From: Candidatus Latescibacterota bacterium
GTDB lineage: Bacteria; Latescibacterota; UBA2968
Assembly (NCBI GenBank): GCA_965222605.1
Contig: OZ244960.1
Location: 3,200,001-3,264,000, forward strand
Direction of reading: 5' to 3'
Length of the DNA stretch: 64,000 nucleotides
Shown: in pieces, positions 10,329-19,739 of the stretch
Layout: each line of letters begins with the position of its first letter
How positions within the stretch are numbered: the first letter of the stretch is position 1
Notes under the pieces: generated by a model
Database searches by the model: none
What the model saw: the letters and a program-made list of their open reading frames with translations, nothing else
What the model was told of the DNA's origin: nothing
Program-made: the position numbers and the translations under genes

Positions 10329-13223
10329 GTGAGTAAACGTCTCGGAGAATCCTTTCCAATAACACAGCATATCGCCGCGCTGATATGTTTTTTCTTGTCG
10401 GGATTTGCCGGGCTGGTTTACGAAGTTGCCTGGATACGGCAGGCCGCGCTTTTGTTTGGGTCAACGACTTTTGCGGTGAGTGCGGTTCTGGCGGTTTTTT
10501 TTCTGGGTCTCGCCATTGGTGCCTATCTTTTTGGGCGTATCGGTCAACGTACATCCCGACCGCTTATCCTTTTTGCATATATCGAGATTGGTCTGGGTCT
10601 TCTGGCTCTGATCAGTCCTTATGCTTTTGATTTTGCAGATTTTCTCTATGGCGTCGCGTATGGAATATTGAGCGATGATCCCATCCTGCGGTTCACTACC
10701 CGTCTCCTTCTCGTTGCTCTCGTCGTCCTGCCGCCCACTGTTCTTATGGGTGGTACTCTTCCTCTTTTTTGTCGTCAGTATTCGCGCAATAGCGGTACAA
10801 TTGCGCGCGCTGTTGGCCTTCTTTACGGTGTCAATACCTTAGGGGCTGCATTGGGCTGCGCGGCCACGGGTTTTGTTTTTTTGCCGGATCTGGGTCTGCG
10901 CGGTGCGATCTATATTGGCGTTGTGTGCAATATTCTGAGTGGTCTTGTTGTTCGCGCGCTGTCTATTGCCCGGGATGATGTGTTTCCCGCTTCGGTGGAG
11001 TCTCGCGGTGTGAGTGGCAGACTCCCGCGGAGCAGGATTGTATTTGTTCTGTTTTTTTTCATTGGATTTGTGGCTCTGGGTGCCGAGGTGCTGTGGGTGC
11101 GGTATCTCGGGCTTCTTATTAATAATACGGTTTATACTTATACGCTCGCGTTGAGTGTTGTGTTGATTGGCCTGGTTCTGGGAAGTATTCTCGCTGCTCA
11201 GTTTTCCGACAAGACGGAGATGCGGGCGCATTATTTTGGCGCGTTTCAGATTGCGACGGGTCTTATTGTTCTCGCTCTTTTGATGTTTTCGCCCGAGACA
11301 TGGCGAGGATTGGGCAATGATCTGTATATTTATTTTGTTGTGCTTTTGCCTCCTGCTGTGTTGAGTGGCGCGGCTTTTCCGCTTGCGATTCGTCTGGTAA
11401 TTAGCAATGCCGAATATACGTCTGAGATGGCTGGCAATCTGATTGCGGTGAATACGCTTGGGGGTATTCTCGGGTCTCTTTTGATTGGTTTTGCAGGTAT
11501 TCCCTTTTTTGGTCTTGAGAAAAGTCTGTTTTTTATTACGGGCGCGAATCTCGCGATTGGTTTTGCCGCATGGTTTTTGCTGGATCGAAAATATCGCGTG
11601 TTCAAATATGCGGCCGCATTGGTCGCTGTTCTGATCTATCTGGGTATTCCATATTTTTCTCAAACGCAGGTGCCCGCGGATTTTATCGGTGAGGGGCGGG
11701 ATCTCGTGGCGTTCCGAGAAGGTTATGGCGCGAATATGGCGGTTGTCCGGCGGGAGGATGATCTGGAGCTCGAGATTGATCGCTGGTGGCAGGGCGGAAA
11801 TAAAAAGAACCATCAGATTATGGCCGCACATGTGCCGATGCTTTTGCATCCGAATCCCAGGCGGGTGATTGTTGTGGGTGTTGGCACGGGGCAGACTGTT
11901 AGTCGTTTTCTGATGTATCCCATCGATTATCTGGCGTGTGTGGATATCGAGCCTACGCTTTTTTCTTTTGTTCGGGAATATTTTGAGACGGATTGGATGG
12001 GGGATCCGCGCGTGGAAGTTATTTCTGAAGATGGACGCAATTTTCTGCGCCATACTGCGGCGACTTATGATATTATTTCGCTGGAGCTTGGCGAGGTTTC
12101 CCGCCCGGGTGTGGCGTTTTTTTATACGGTTGATTTCTATGCGCGCGCCCGACAACGCCTGGCGCCGGGTGGTTATCTGGTTCAGTTTGTGCCTTTGCGC
12201 TTTCTTACTGAGGACCAGTTCCGCGGTGTTGTGCGCAGTTTTCTGGCGGTTTTTCCGCAGAGTATTTTGTGGTATAATACGTCTGAACTTTTGCTTATTG
12301 GTTCGGCGGATAATGCGTTCAAGATTGGTCAGGGGAAACTGTCAGGTATGGATGAGCAGGTCCATGCGGATCTCCAATACAGCCACTGGGGCGGGGTGGC
12401 ATATTCTCTCAACCAGCCGCATGTTTTTTTGGGCGGTTATTTGATGGGGGCTGAGGGTCTGGCATCTGCGACGGTTGAGGCGGATACGTATTGGGATGAC
12501 CGACCGATTCTGGACTATGAGACAGTTCAGAATGAGGGGAGCGATGAGCTTGCGTTTGCGGAGATGCTCTATAAATACCGCGATTCCATTGATACGCTTA
12601 TACCGGGCGAGATGGATGCCCGTATTGCGGATGTTCAAAATAAAAATTTGAGGGAGATCGCCGCGCGCGTTTTTGTTCGTCAGGCGTCGGATTTGGTTCC
12701 CGCGCGAGAACACAGACGTATTGCAACGCTTTGTGCCGAGGCGATTCGCCGACTTCCCGAATATCTCGAGGCCCACCGCATGTTTGCCGATGCGATGATG
12801 CAACTGGGTCGCTTGCAGGATGCAGAAAGACACTATGCGAGGGTTTTGCAACTCGATCCTGCAGATGCACGCGCGCTGAATGGACGGGCTGTGGCGTTTC
12901 ACCGCGCGGGACGGCTCGAGGATGCGGTTCGTTATTATGAGGATGCGATTCGCCACTATCCGCAAAATGCTCTGTCGCAAAATGGTATTGCAATGGCTCT
13001 TCACAGACTCGGACGCTTTGACGAGGCTATTCTTCATTACAAAGAGGCTATTCGCTTGCATCCAGATAGGCCCGATACGTATGCCGATCTCGGTATGGCT
13101 CTGGCACAGGCCGGGAGGTTGCGAGAAGCTGTTCCGTATATGGAGAAGGCGCTCGTACTGAGGCCGAATTTTACGAGGGTGCAGCGCGCGCTCGCGCAGA
13201 TACGGGAAGAATTGGGGGAGTAA
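10329..13223 (+). CDS. Fused membrane (MFS-like)/spermidine synthase-like protein with C-terminal TPRs
   Basis: SGFAGLVYEVAW TM start, VVGVGTGQT SAM-fold motif, EDGRNFL, and TPR helices in roughly the last 170 aa. Confidence 0.85.
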   Translation: MSKRLGESFPITQHIAALICFFLSGFAGLVYEVAWIRQAALLFGSTTFAVSAVLAVFFLGLAIGAYLFGRIGQRTSRPLILFAYIEIGLGLLALISPYAFDFADFLYGVAYGILSDDPILRFTTRLLLVALVVLPPTVLMGGTLPLFCRQYSRNSGTIARAVGLLYGVNTLGAALGCAATGFVFLPDLGLRGAIYIGVVCNILSGLVVRALSIARDDVFPASVESRGVSGRLPRSRIVFVLFFFIGFVALGAEVLWVRYLGLLINNTVYTYTLALSVVLIGLVLGSILAAQFSDKTEMRAHYFGAFQIATGLIVLALLMFSPETWRGLGNDLYIYFVVLLPPAVLSGAAFPLAIRLVISNAEYTSEMAGNLIAVNTLGGILGSLLIGFAGIPFFGLEKSLFFITGANLAIGFAAWFLLDRKYRVFKYAAALVAVLIYLGIPYFSQTQVPADFIGEGRDLVAFREGYGANMAVVRREDDLELEIDRWWQGGNKKNHQIMAAHVPMLLHPNPRRVIVVGVGTGQTVSRFLMYPIDYLACVDIEPTLFSFVREYFETDWMGDPRVEVISEDGRNFLRHTAATYDIISLELGEVSRPGVAFFYTVDFYARARQRLAPGGYLVQFVPLRFLTEDQFRGVVRSFLAVFPQSILWYNTSELLLIGSADNAFKIGQGKLSGMDEQVHADLQYSHWGGVAYSLNQPHVFLGGYLMGAEGLASATVEADTYWDDRPILDYETVQNEGSDELAFAEMLYKYRDSIDTLIPGEMDARIADVQNKNLREIAARVFVRQASDLVPAREHRRIATLCAEAIRRLPEYLEAHRMFADAMMQLGRLQDAERHYARVLQLDPADARALNGRAVAFHRAGRLEDAVRYYEDAIRHYPQNALSQNGIAMALHRLGRFDEAILHYKEAIRLHPDRPDTYADLGMALAQAGRLREAVPYMEKALVLRPNFTRVQRALAQIREELGE

Positions 13224-13331
13224 GGTGGATGTAGATTTTTGGCTTGCATGAGGCTGGTCCATGATAAGATATTGGTTGACGATTCAGTATTGTTTTTCTA
13301 ATGCCACAAGGGCTAAAACAAGGAGGCTTCT

Positions 13332-14288
13332 ATGTCTAAATTTATCTGCTTTCTGTTCGTTGTTTTGCTGTTCCAATCTGTTGATGCACAGCAACCACAG
13401 CAACAAAACCGACGCCAGCAACGCATATTTACCGTGGAGCAAGTTATGGAACAAGTACCCGAAGGCGTAACATTTATTCCCGATCTCGCGTATCGCGAAG
13501 GCAACGAGGCATGGAAACTCGATCTTGCGATGCCCGAAGGGCGCGGCGAGATTCCCCGTCCGGCTCTTGTTTTTATCCACGGCGGTGGATGGCGGAATGG
13601 GGATAAACGCCGGGCAGGTTTTCTTCGGCCTACTATCGGTTATGCAGCCAAAGGCTATGTTTGTGTCACGGTCAACTATCGGATGCTCGATGAAGCACCT
13701 ATTACCGCATGTGTTGAAGATGTGAAAAATGCCGTGCGCTGGCTGCGTGCCCATGCCGAGGAATACAATATTGATCCCGAACGGATTGGTGCAACTGGAA
13801 ATTCCGCTGGCGCGCATTTGGCCGTTATGCTCGGTGTGTGTCCTCCTTCAGCCGGGCTTGAAGGCGATGGGCCTTATCAGGAATATTCCAGTATGGTTCA
13901 GGCTGTTGTCGCCAGTGCCACACCTACCAGTTTCCTGTCTGCTATGAGTGACCGCCAACGCGAGCGCAGCAATGAGCAAGCAGCACGCGCCCCTCGCAAA
14001 AACGAACTTAGAATGGAATCTGAAGAGGTTCGCGCCAAAGTTTCTCCTGTGACTTATGCCACAGCCGATGCACCGCCTATTTTGCTCGTTCATGAAATGT
14101 CTGATCGCACGGTCAGTGTGTCTCATTCGGACAAGCTTGTCAAGGCACTGCGAGAAGCCGGTGCCAAAGATGTCAACTATATTCTCCTCGGCGACAGCAG
14201 TGGGCATGGTACTTTTCAGCGCAATATTGTATTTACCGAACCTATCCGGGAATCCTTTTTTAATCGCGTATTAAAACCGGGAAATTAA
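13332..14288 (+). CDS. Secreted alpha/beta-hydrolase (esterase)
   Basis: Signal peptide, IHGGGW, GNSAG nucleophile elbow. Confidence 0.85.
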   Translation: MSKFICFLFVVLLFQSVDAQQPQQQNRRQQRIFTVEQVMEQVPEGVTFIPDLAYREGNEAWKLDLAMPEGRGEIPRPALVFIHGGGWRNGDKRRAGFLRPTIGYAAKGYVCVTVNYRMLDEAPITACVEDVKNAVRWLRAHAEEYNIDPERIGATGNSAGAHLAVMLGVCPPSAGLEGDGPYQEYSSMVQAVVASATPTSFLSAMSDRQRERSNEQAARAPRKNELRMESEEVRAKVSPVTYATADAPPILLVHEMSDRTVSVSHSDKLVKALREAGAKDVNYILLGDSSGHGTFQRNIVFTEPIRESFFNRVLKPGN

Positions 14289-15245
14289 GATGAAGCGTTT
14301 GTCTGAAGTAGAAGAGCGGATGGCTGAGGCGCAGCCGGGTGATATAATTGTCCTGGCCGATGGGGTATACGATGGTGAAAGGTGCAAACTTGCGGCAAAA
14401 GGGACCGCAGATCAGCCGATTGTTATTCGGGCGGAAAATATGGGGAAGGCGGTTATAAAGGCGCCATTTTTAGTGGTGGGAGATTATATCAGTCTTGTGG
14501 GGTTTCATTTTGTGGAGAAGGGGAATGTGGAAATTCGGGGGAGAGGATGTCGCGTGAGTCGCTGTGTGATGACGGATGTTCAGGCTGGCAAGTGGATACG
14601 GGTCAGGGCGGAGAGCCGGAAGATTGAGATTGATCGCTGCCGTTTTGAGAATAAGACCAATAACCTCGAGGAGATGCGCGGCTGCCAATTGATGCAGGTT
14701 TATGTGCGCAATCAGGGCGAAGGGCATCACATTCACCACAATCATTTTGTCGATGTTCCAGATGGCAAAGGGAGCAATGGGTACGAGACGCTTCAACTTA
14801 TTACGGAGGGGAATCCGTACGATCCGGAGCCGGGCGATTGTGAGACGGTGATTGAGTACAATCTTTTTGAGCGTTGTAATGGGGAGGCGGAGATTATTTC
14901 TGTGAAGTCCAATGGCAATATGCTCCGCAGAAATACGTTTCGCGATTGCCGGGGCGGGTTGGTGCTTCGGCATGGGGATGGTAATGAGATTTCTGAGAAT
15001 TTCTTTTTTGGCGATGGCGAACGCCGGGCTGGCGGTGTGCGTTTGCAGGGGGCGGATCAGGTTGTGGTGAATAATATGTTCCGTTCGCTCAATGCGTTTG
15101 GCGTGGCGATGATGGATGGGACAACGGATAAGCTCTATGTGCGGACGGAACGCGCGTTCATTGCATTTAATACGTTTGCGGGGTGTAGTCCGGCGATGGT
15201 TGTGGGGCTAAATCACAGGTTGTACCCCAATGGCACGGCGCCTAA

Positions 15246-16172
15246 GAAGCTGTTTTAAAACCCCTCGCTTAAGCGAGTCTGTTGATTAAGAGGTAAATCA
15301 TAACGATGTAAATAAAGGCTTCACTACTGTCGGTCAAGTCTTCATAATCCTTTGATAGTCGGCGAAAATTAAATAACCAGGCAAAGGTGCGCTCGACGAC
15401 CCACCGACGTTTGACGAGTTGAAAGCCTTTGCCTTTTGGGGTGACAACCTCAAGATCAATCTTATGCGTCTGCTTCTTAGCAGCGACCCATTTCTTGAGG
15501 TCTTCACCGCGATAGCCGCCATCGACCCATAGCTTGCGTAAGCGTGTCTCTCCCGTGTCAAAATACTGATTGAGCACCTGCTTTAAGCCATCACGGTCTT
15601 GGAGATCAGCAGGCGAGACATAGGTGCTGATGACGAGTCCGAGGGTATCAACGAGAAGATGGCGTTTGCGTCCATTGACCTTTTTTCCAGCATCATAACC
15701 TTTTGATTTTCCTTGTGTTGCTGTCTTGACACTTTGGCTGTCAATGCAGCCTGCTGATGCGGTAGGCTTACGTCCCTGCCGTTTTCTTTCTCGCCGCGTG
15801 AGTGCCTGTTGCACCTGCTCAAAGATGCCTTGCTCGCGCCAACGATTGAAATAGCCATACACGGTCTGCCAGCAGCCGAAGGTATGGGGTAGCATGCGCC
15901 ATTGGCTGCCGGTCTTCGTCAGATACAGGATGCCATTGAACACTTGGCGCAAATTGGCAGGAGGGCGTCCGGGACCTCCTTTTCGCCATTTGCGTTTGGG
16001 CAGCAAGGGGATCAGCAGTTGCCATTGCGCTTGGGTGACATTTGTCGGATATTCTCTTTGCGTATTCATCTTTGTCCTTTCGTTTCAGGGTGATTTGCAT
16101 AACCTGAATTTGGACAGATGAATACGCTTTTTCAACCCTTTTCTTCACTCACAATAGTTTTAAAACAGCTTC
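15246..16172 (-). mobile_element. IS5-family element (IS1031-like)
   Basis: Perfect 16-bp IR GAAGCTGTTTTAAAAC / GTTTTAAAACAGCTTC; 3-bp TSD TAA at 15243-45 and 16173-75. Confidence 0.92.
15269..16069 (-). CDS. IS5-family transposase
   Basis: IDSQSVKT, GKKVNGRKRHLLVDTLG, DGGY and RWVVERTFAW motifs. Confidence 0.93.
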   Translation of the reverse strand: MNTQREYPTNVTQAQWQLLIPLLPKRKWRKGGPGRPPANLRQVFNGILYLTKTGSQWRMLPHTFGCWQTVYGYFNRWREQGIFEQVQQALTRRERKRQGRKPTASAGCIDSQSVKTATQGKSKGYDAGKKVNGRKRHLLVDTLGLVISTYVSPADLQDRDGLKQVLNQYFDTGETRLRKLWVDGGYRGEDLKKWVAAKKQTHKIDLEVVTPKGKGFQLVKRRWVVERTFAWLFNFRRLSKDYEDLTDSSEAFIYIVMIYLLINRLA

Positions 16173-16568
16173 TAAGGATTGTGTGATCGCAAATAACGCT
16201 TTTGTATTGGGGAGACCCGATGCGCAGGAGACCTCGGATCTGAAGACTGTGCGGCTGGTGCAAGACGATGAGCCGGTGGATTGGACGTGGGAGGGGAATG
16301 TGACGGATGGCGATTTGGGTATGCCCGCTCGCGATGGGATAAAAACTGGGAAGGTCGATGTGGATTATCTGCCCAATGGCGTTGTTGCACCAGCAGAATC
16401 CAGTGGTCTAATTGGCAATGCCGAGGGAAATTATCCAGATATAACGACGGATGCTTTGGGGCATTCTCGGGGCGAATGGAAGACAATTGGCTGCGTTGAG
16501 TTCCCGACGGAGATGGAGGACGGCGGTCCCTTAACAGCGGCAGATGTGGGACCTGAGTGGTAGGGGTG

Positions 16569-16871
16569 TTAATCGATGGAAACAACAAGGTTCAAATTTT
16601 CTTTTCGTAGCATGTCTTGTAGTGCAAGTTGAACCCAAAAGCTTTCTGGCTCGCTAAGTTGTCTGGCAATTTTGGCTGCCCTACTGGGGCTTGGGATTCT
16701 TCTTTCTTTTTCTATATCACAAAGACTTTGAGGTGAAATCCCCAAAAAAACAGCAAACGCTCTCTGGCTTTTTTCTTCTCCTATTCGATAGCTGGCCAGA
16801 GCATTTCCAAATGTCAGCCGTCCAAAGTCTCTCTCCATCTCAGAAGTCCCATATTGTCCTTTAGTAGTCAT
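16569..16871 (-). CDS. XRE/HigA-like HTH antitoxin
   Basis: SQRAFAVFLGISPQSLCDIEKERR HTH. Confidence 0.75.
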   Translation of the reverse strand: MTTKGQYGTSEMERDFGRLTFGNALASYRIGEEKSQRAFAVFLGISPQSLCDIEKERRIPSPSRAAKIARQLSEPESFWVQLALQDMLRKENLNLVVSID

Positions 16872-16887
16872 GTTTATTGATCTCCTC
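16861..16887 (-). pseudogene. 3' remnant of a RelE/HigB-type toxin
   Basis: GAGGAGATCAATAAACATGACTACTAA encodes EEINKHDY* and overlaps the antitoxin ATG. No toxin-length ORF lies upstream. Confidence 0.5.
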
Positions 16888-16916
16888 ACGTATCAATCAC
16901 CCCCATCAACAAAGCC

Positions 16917-17024
16917 GTCATCGCGGCATGATGTTGTAGGGGACGGTCCCCGTGCCGTCCCGTGTGTCATCGCGGCGTGGTCCCCGTATAAAAGCATTAC
17001 GGGGCATGCTTGAGCCGCGATCCA
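16917..17024. repeat. Composite REP-like palindromic repeat
   Basis: GTCATCGCGGC, GTAGGGGACGGTCCCCGTGCCGTCCC, CCCCGTATAAAAGCATTACGGGG and TTGAGCCGCGATCCA modules. Confidence 0.85.
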
Positions 17025-17260
17025 GTGATTTTGGTTGTCATTACTGTCGTAGTGCGCTCTCGATCTGCCGCATAACTCAAGCAGGCCAATATGTCCTCTT
17101 CCTGTAAATAGGGGAACTCGTTGAGAATTTCCTGATGCGTCATGCCAGATGCGAGATAATCAAGCACATCGTAAACAGTTATTCTCATCCCTCTGATGCA
17201 AGGCTTTCCGCCTCTCTTTCCGGGTTCAATGGTAATAATATCTTTGTAGTTCATGCGCAC
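16997..17260 (-). CDS. DUF433 family antitoxin
   Basis: GKRGGKPCIRGMRITVYDVL...EFPYLQEEDILACLSYAA. Confidence 0.88.
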   Translation of the reverse strand: MRMNYKDIITIEPGKRGGKPCIRGMRITVYDVLDYLASGMTHQEILNEFPYLQEEDILACLSYAADRERTTTVMTTKITGSRLKHAP

Positions 17261-17355
17261 CTCTGTTTTCCTGCATACGCCACTAATTTAACGCGACCTC
17301 GCAAATAATCAAATTGTTCCAAGAGTTCTCCATAGCGCCCACTGAGAGATGTCTT

Positions 17356-17393
17356 GAAATGCGGTTGACAATATCGCGTCGTTACTACATTTT
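17356..17393 (+). promoter_or_regulatory. Promoter-like 38-bp direct repeat, copy 1
   Basis: GAAATGCGGTTGACAATATCGCGTCGTTACTACATTTT contains TTGACA; a near copy lies at 18427. Confidence 0.65.
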
Positions 17394-17430
17394 TTAAATC
17401 TGATAATGTAGATATGATGGGAGATAGCGC

Positions 17431-17643
17431 GTGGAAAAATTGTCACGGATTACTTTCGATCCCGCTGTCATGGGTGGCAAGGCATGTATTCGGGGGCTAC
17501 GAGTGACAGTTGGAACTGTCGTAGGGCTTCTGGCTGCCGGTCGGTCACATGAGGAAATTCTGAAAGCCTATCCTTACCTTGAACGCGAGGATATCGATCA
17601 AGCTCTAGCCTATGCGCGAGTCGAAGAAATACCTTTGAGATGA
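17431..17643 (+). CDS. DUF433 family antitoxin
   Basis: VMGGKACIRGLRVTV...AYPYLEREDIDQALAYA. Confidence 0.88.
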   Translation: MEKLSRITFDPAVMGGKACIRGLRVTVGTVVGLLAAGRSHEEILKAYPYLEREDIDQALAYARVEEIPLR

Positions 17644-17891
17644 GCGGGCTAAGGAATCAAGCCATGGTGTGCGATATATGTGGGAAAGTGGGCGTGCGTC
17701 AGCGTTGCGTTTCACGTAGTTATGGGAAAGGCGCGTCTCTTCTTGTTATCGAAGGTGTGCCTGTGATGAGTTGTTCCTATTGTGGCGAGAGCTATTTGAC
17801 AGCACAAACCCTGCATGAAGTTGATCGCATTAAGCGCGAGCGAGAAGGAATGGCGACTAAACGCATCGTAGCGGTCGCTGCATTTGCATAA
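17640..17891 (+). CDS. YgiT/MqsA-type zinc-finger antitoxin-like protein
   Basis: CDIC...VIEGVPVMSCSYCGESYL. Confidence 0.8.
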   Translation: MSGLRNQAMVCDICGKVGVRQRCVSRSYGKGASLLVIEGVPVMSCSYCGESYLTAQTLHEVDRIKREREGMATKRIVAVAAFA

Positions 17892-17927
17892 CTCGCGGTG
17901 AGCTTCATTCAGACGTTAGAAGTAATA

Positions 17928-18113
17928 ATGAACGCCAAAGGGACGAAAAAGACGTTTGATGTGGTTAAGATAGTACGCCGGATTCGAGACGCGCACTATG
18001 AGCAACTCAAGGATAGAACGGTAAAAGAGCAGTTGGCATTCTACCAAAGCAAGTCTCATGCATTACGTAACGAATTAAAAAAGAAACTGCAAGGGCATTA
18101 TGAAGATGAATGA
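17928..18113 (+). CDS. Small hypothetical protein (putative antitoxin of PIN-toxin pairs)
   Basis: KKTFDVVKIVRRIRD. The family assignment is recalled, not verified. Confidence 0.5.
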   Translation: MNAKGTKKTFDVVKIVRRIRDAHYEQLKDRTVKEQLAFYQSKSHALRNELKKKLQGHYEDE

Positions 18114-18288
18114 TCCCATTGTTTCGGAAGTCCGATCAGTACGCGACAAACACGCTGCTCAGTTCGGCTACAATCTCAAAGAGATATTTCGTGATATTAA
18201 GAAAAAACAAAAATCATCTGGTCGTAAATATGTGCAGTATCCATCCCGTGCGCCTGTTGTAACAACTGTCACAATTTCAAACCAGTAG
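18100..18288 (+). CDS. Small hypothetical protein (putative antitoxin of PIN-toxin pairs)
   Basis: MNDPIVSEVRSVRDKHAAQFGYNLKEIFRDIK. The family assignment is recalled, not verified. Confidence 0.55.
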   Translation: MKMNDPIVSEVRSVRDKHAAQFGYNLKEIFRDIKKKQKSSGRKYVQYPSRAPVVTTVTISNQ

Positions 18289-18307
18289 CGACAAAGGTAT
18301 ATCGAGA

Positions 18308-18349
18308 CAAAAGCGTACGTATTAAATATTGACACGTACGCTTTTTTGT
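18308..18349. terminator. Terminator-like hairpin
   Basis: AAAAGCGTACGT...ACGTACGCTTTT followed by a T-tract. Confidence 0.6.
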
Positions 18350-18405
18350 TTTCTTTGACTTTCACAGCTTATCGTGAAGCGGTCTATTTGATCGGGGGAA
18401 GTGAT

Positions 18406-18474
18406 ATGAAAACAATTACACCAACCGAAATACGGTTGACAATATCGCATCGTTGCTACACTTTCTGTTTCTGA
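18406..18474 (+). pseudogene. Phd/YefM antitoxin N-terminal remnant
   Basis: GGGGGA RBS, then MKTITPTEIR; similarity ends at the 18427 direct repeat. Confidence 0.45.
18427..18464 (+). promoter_or_regulatory. Promoter-like 38-bp direct repeat, copy 2
   Basis: GAAATACGGTTGACAATATCGCATCGTTGCTACACTTT; 4 mismatches to copy 1. Confidence 0.65.
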
Positions 18475-18506
18475 AGATCATGCAAATACCAGAAAAAGGA
18501 AAACAC

Positions 18507-19721
18507 ATGAAAATCAAATCCGTCGAAGTTGTTCTCATTGAACGACCAGATGCAAGTCAGACCACAACGGGTTCCGGCACGACGCTCGCTGCTTCAGCAG
18601 GTGCAGCCCCGAGGACAACGGGGTATCGAAAGGCGTGGCCCACGCAGATAGAGGTGGCCAATCCGATGTCTAAGTTCCCTCGTTTTAAGGCGCGTCGGCA
18701 GCTTTACGGTGCCAGGCAGTGGCCCAGATTCTCTGTCAAAGTGACTGCTGAAGACGGGACCTGGGGCCTCGGTACGTCGGCGGGACGCCCGGTTGCTATG
18801 GTGGTGGAAGATGCTTTCGCGCATATATTAGAAGGCGAAAATTGTCTGGCAATTGAAAAGTTGTGGGATATGATGTTTCGCGTGTCCAAATCTTTTGGGA
18901 CTGTGGGCATTGCCTCATTGGCGATCAGTGCCGTAGATCTGGCGCTGTGGGATTTGGCGGGCAAATTGCAGGGCAAGCCCGTTTATGAGCTTCTGGGCGG
19001 TCCGGCGCGCGACCGTTTGTTTGTGTATGCGACGGGTGATGATGTCGATTGGTACAAAGAGTTGGGATTTCGCGCTTTTAAGTTGCCCTGCCAATACGGT
19101 CCGGTGGATGGTTTGTGGGGATTAGGGGAAAACGAGAGGCGAATAGCCGAGGTCCGCGAGTTGATCGGCGATGATTGCGATCTCATGCTCGATTGTTATA
19201 TGGCTTTTGATGTGGAATATACAGTGCGTCTGGCCAATCGTCTGCGTCCTTATAATCTGCGCTGGATGGAAGAGTGCTTGATCCCCGAAGATGTTGGGGG
19301 GCATATTGAACTGAAAAAACGCCTGCCGTGGTTGACGCTTGCCAGTGGCGAGCATTTTTACACGCCTTATCCCTACCAGTTAATGATCGAAAATCGCTGT
19401 CTCGATATTCTCCAACCCGATATTCAGTGGGTGGGCGGTTTGACTGCTTGTGTCAAAATTTGTAATATGGCTGCCGCTGCGGGTCTGGAAGTTTGTTTGC
19501 ACGGCGGCGGGCGCGATGCGTACGGTCAGCATTTGAGCTGGGCAATGCCCAATACGCCCTGGTGCGAGTATTATATCGGTTCTGATCCGGGTGTACCGCT
19601 TGAAGAAGTGGCGCAACCCGGCGCGAGCGTGCCGCACAATAGCTATCTGGAGTTTGCGCCGACGGGTCCGGGGTTTGATCTGGGGATTGAAGAGGATTGG
19701 TTGGTGCCGTTTCAATTTTAG
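18507..19721 (+). CDS. Enolase-superfamily sugar-acid dehydratase (L-rhamnonate dehydratase-like)
   Basis: VANPMSKFP, ISAVDLALWDL, MLDCYM, WMEE, SGEH and LQPD motifs. Confidence 0.8.
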   Translation: MKIKSVEVVLIERPDASQTTTGSGTTLAASAGAAPRTTGYRKAWPTQIEVANPMSKFPRFKARRQLYGARQWPRFSVKVTAEDGTWGLGTSAGRPVAMVVEDAFAHILEGENCLAIEKLWDMMFRVSKSFGTVGIASLAISAVDLALWDLAGKLQGKPVYELLGGPARDRLFVYATGDDVDWYKELGFRAFKLPCQYGPVDGLWGLGENERRIAEVRELIGDDCDLMLDCYMAFDVEYTVRLANRLRPYNLRWMEECLIPEDVGGHIELKKRLPWLTLASGEHFYTPYPYQLMIENRCLDILQPDIQWVGGLTACVKICNMAAAAGLEVCLHGGGRDAYGQHLSWAMPNTPWCEYYIGSDPGVPLEEVAQPGASVPHNSYLEFAPTGPGFDLGIEEDWLVPFQF

Positions 19722-19739
19722 AAGACAAGAGGGACAAAA

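Larger units (their letters stand above)
14290..16563 (+). pseudogene. PL6-family polysaccharide lyase interrupted by IS5
   Basis: 14290..15245 plus 16176..16563 rejoin as ...NGTAPK-DCVIANN..., collinear with the PL6 domain of 6740..9331. Confidence 0.88.

Noticed and set aside
16569-18474. Small-gene cluster as an integron cassette array
   Set aside because: No RYYYAAC...GTTRRRY attC palindromes between genes, mixed orientation, and no integron integrase.
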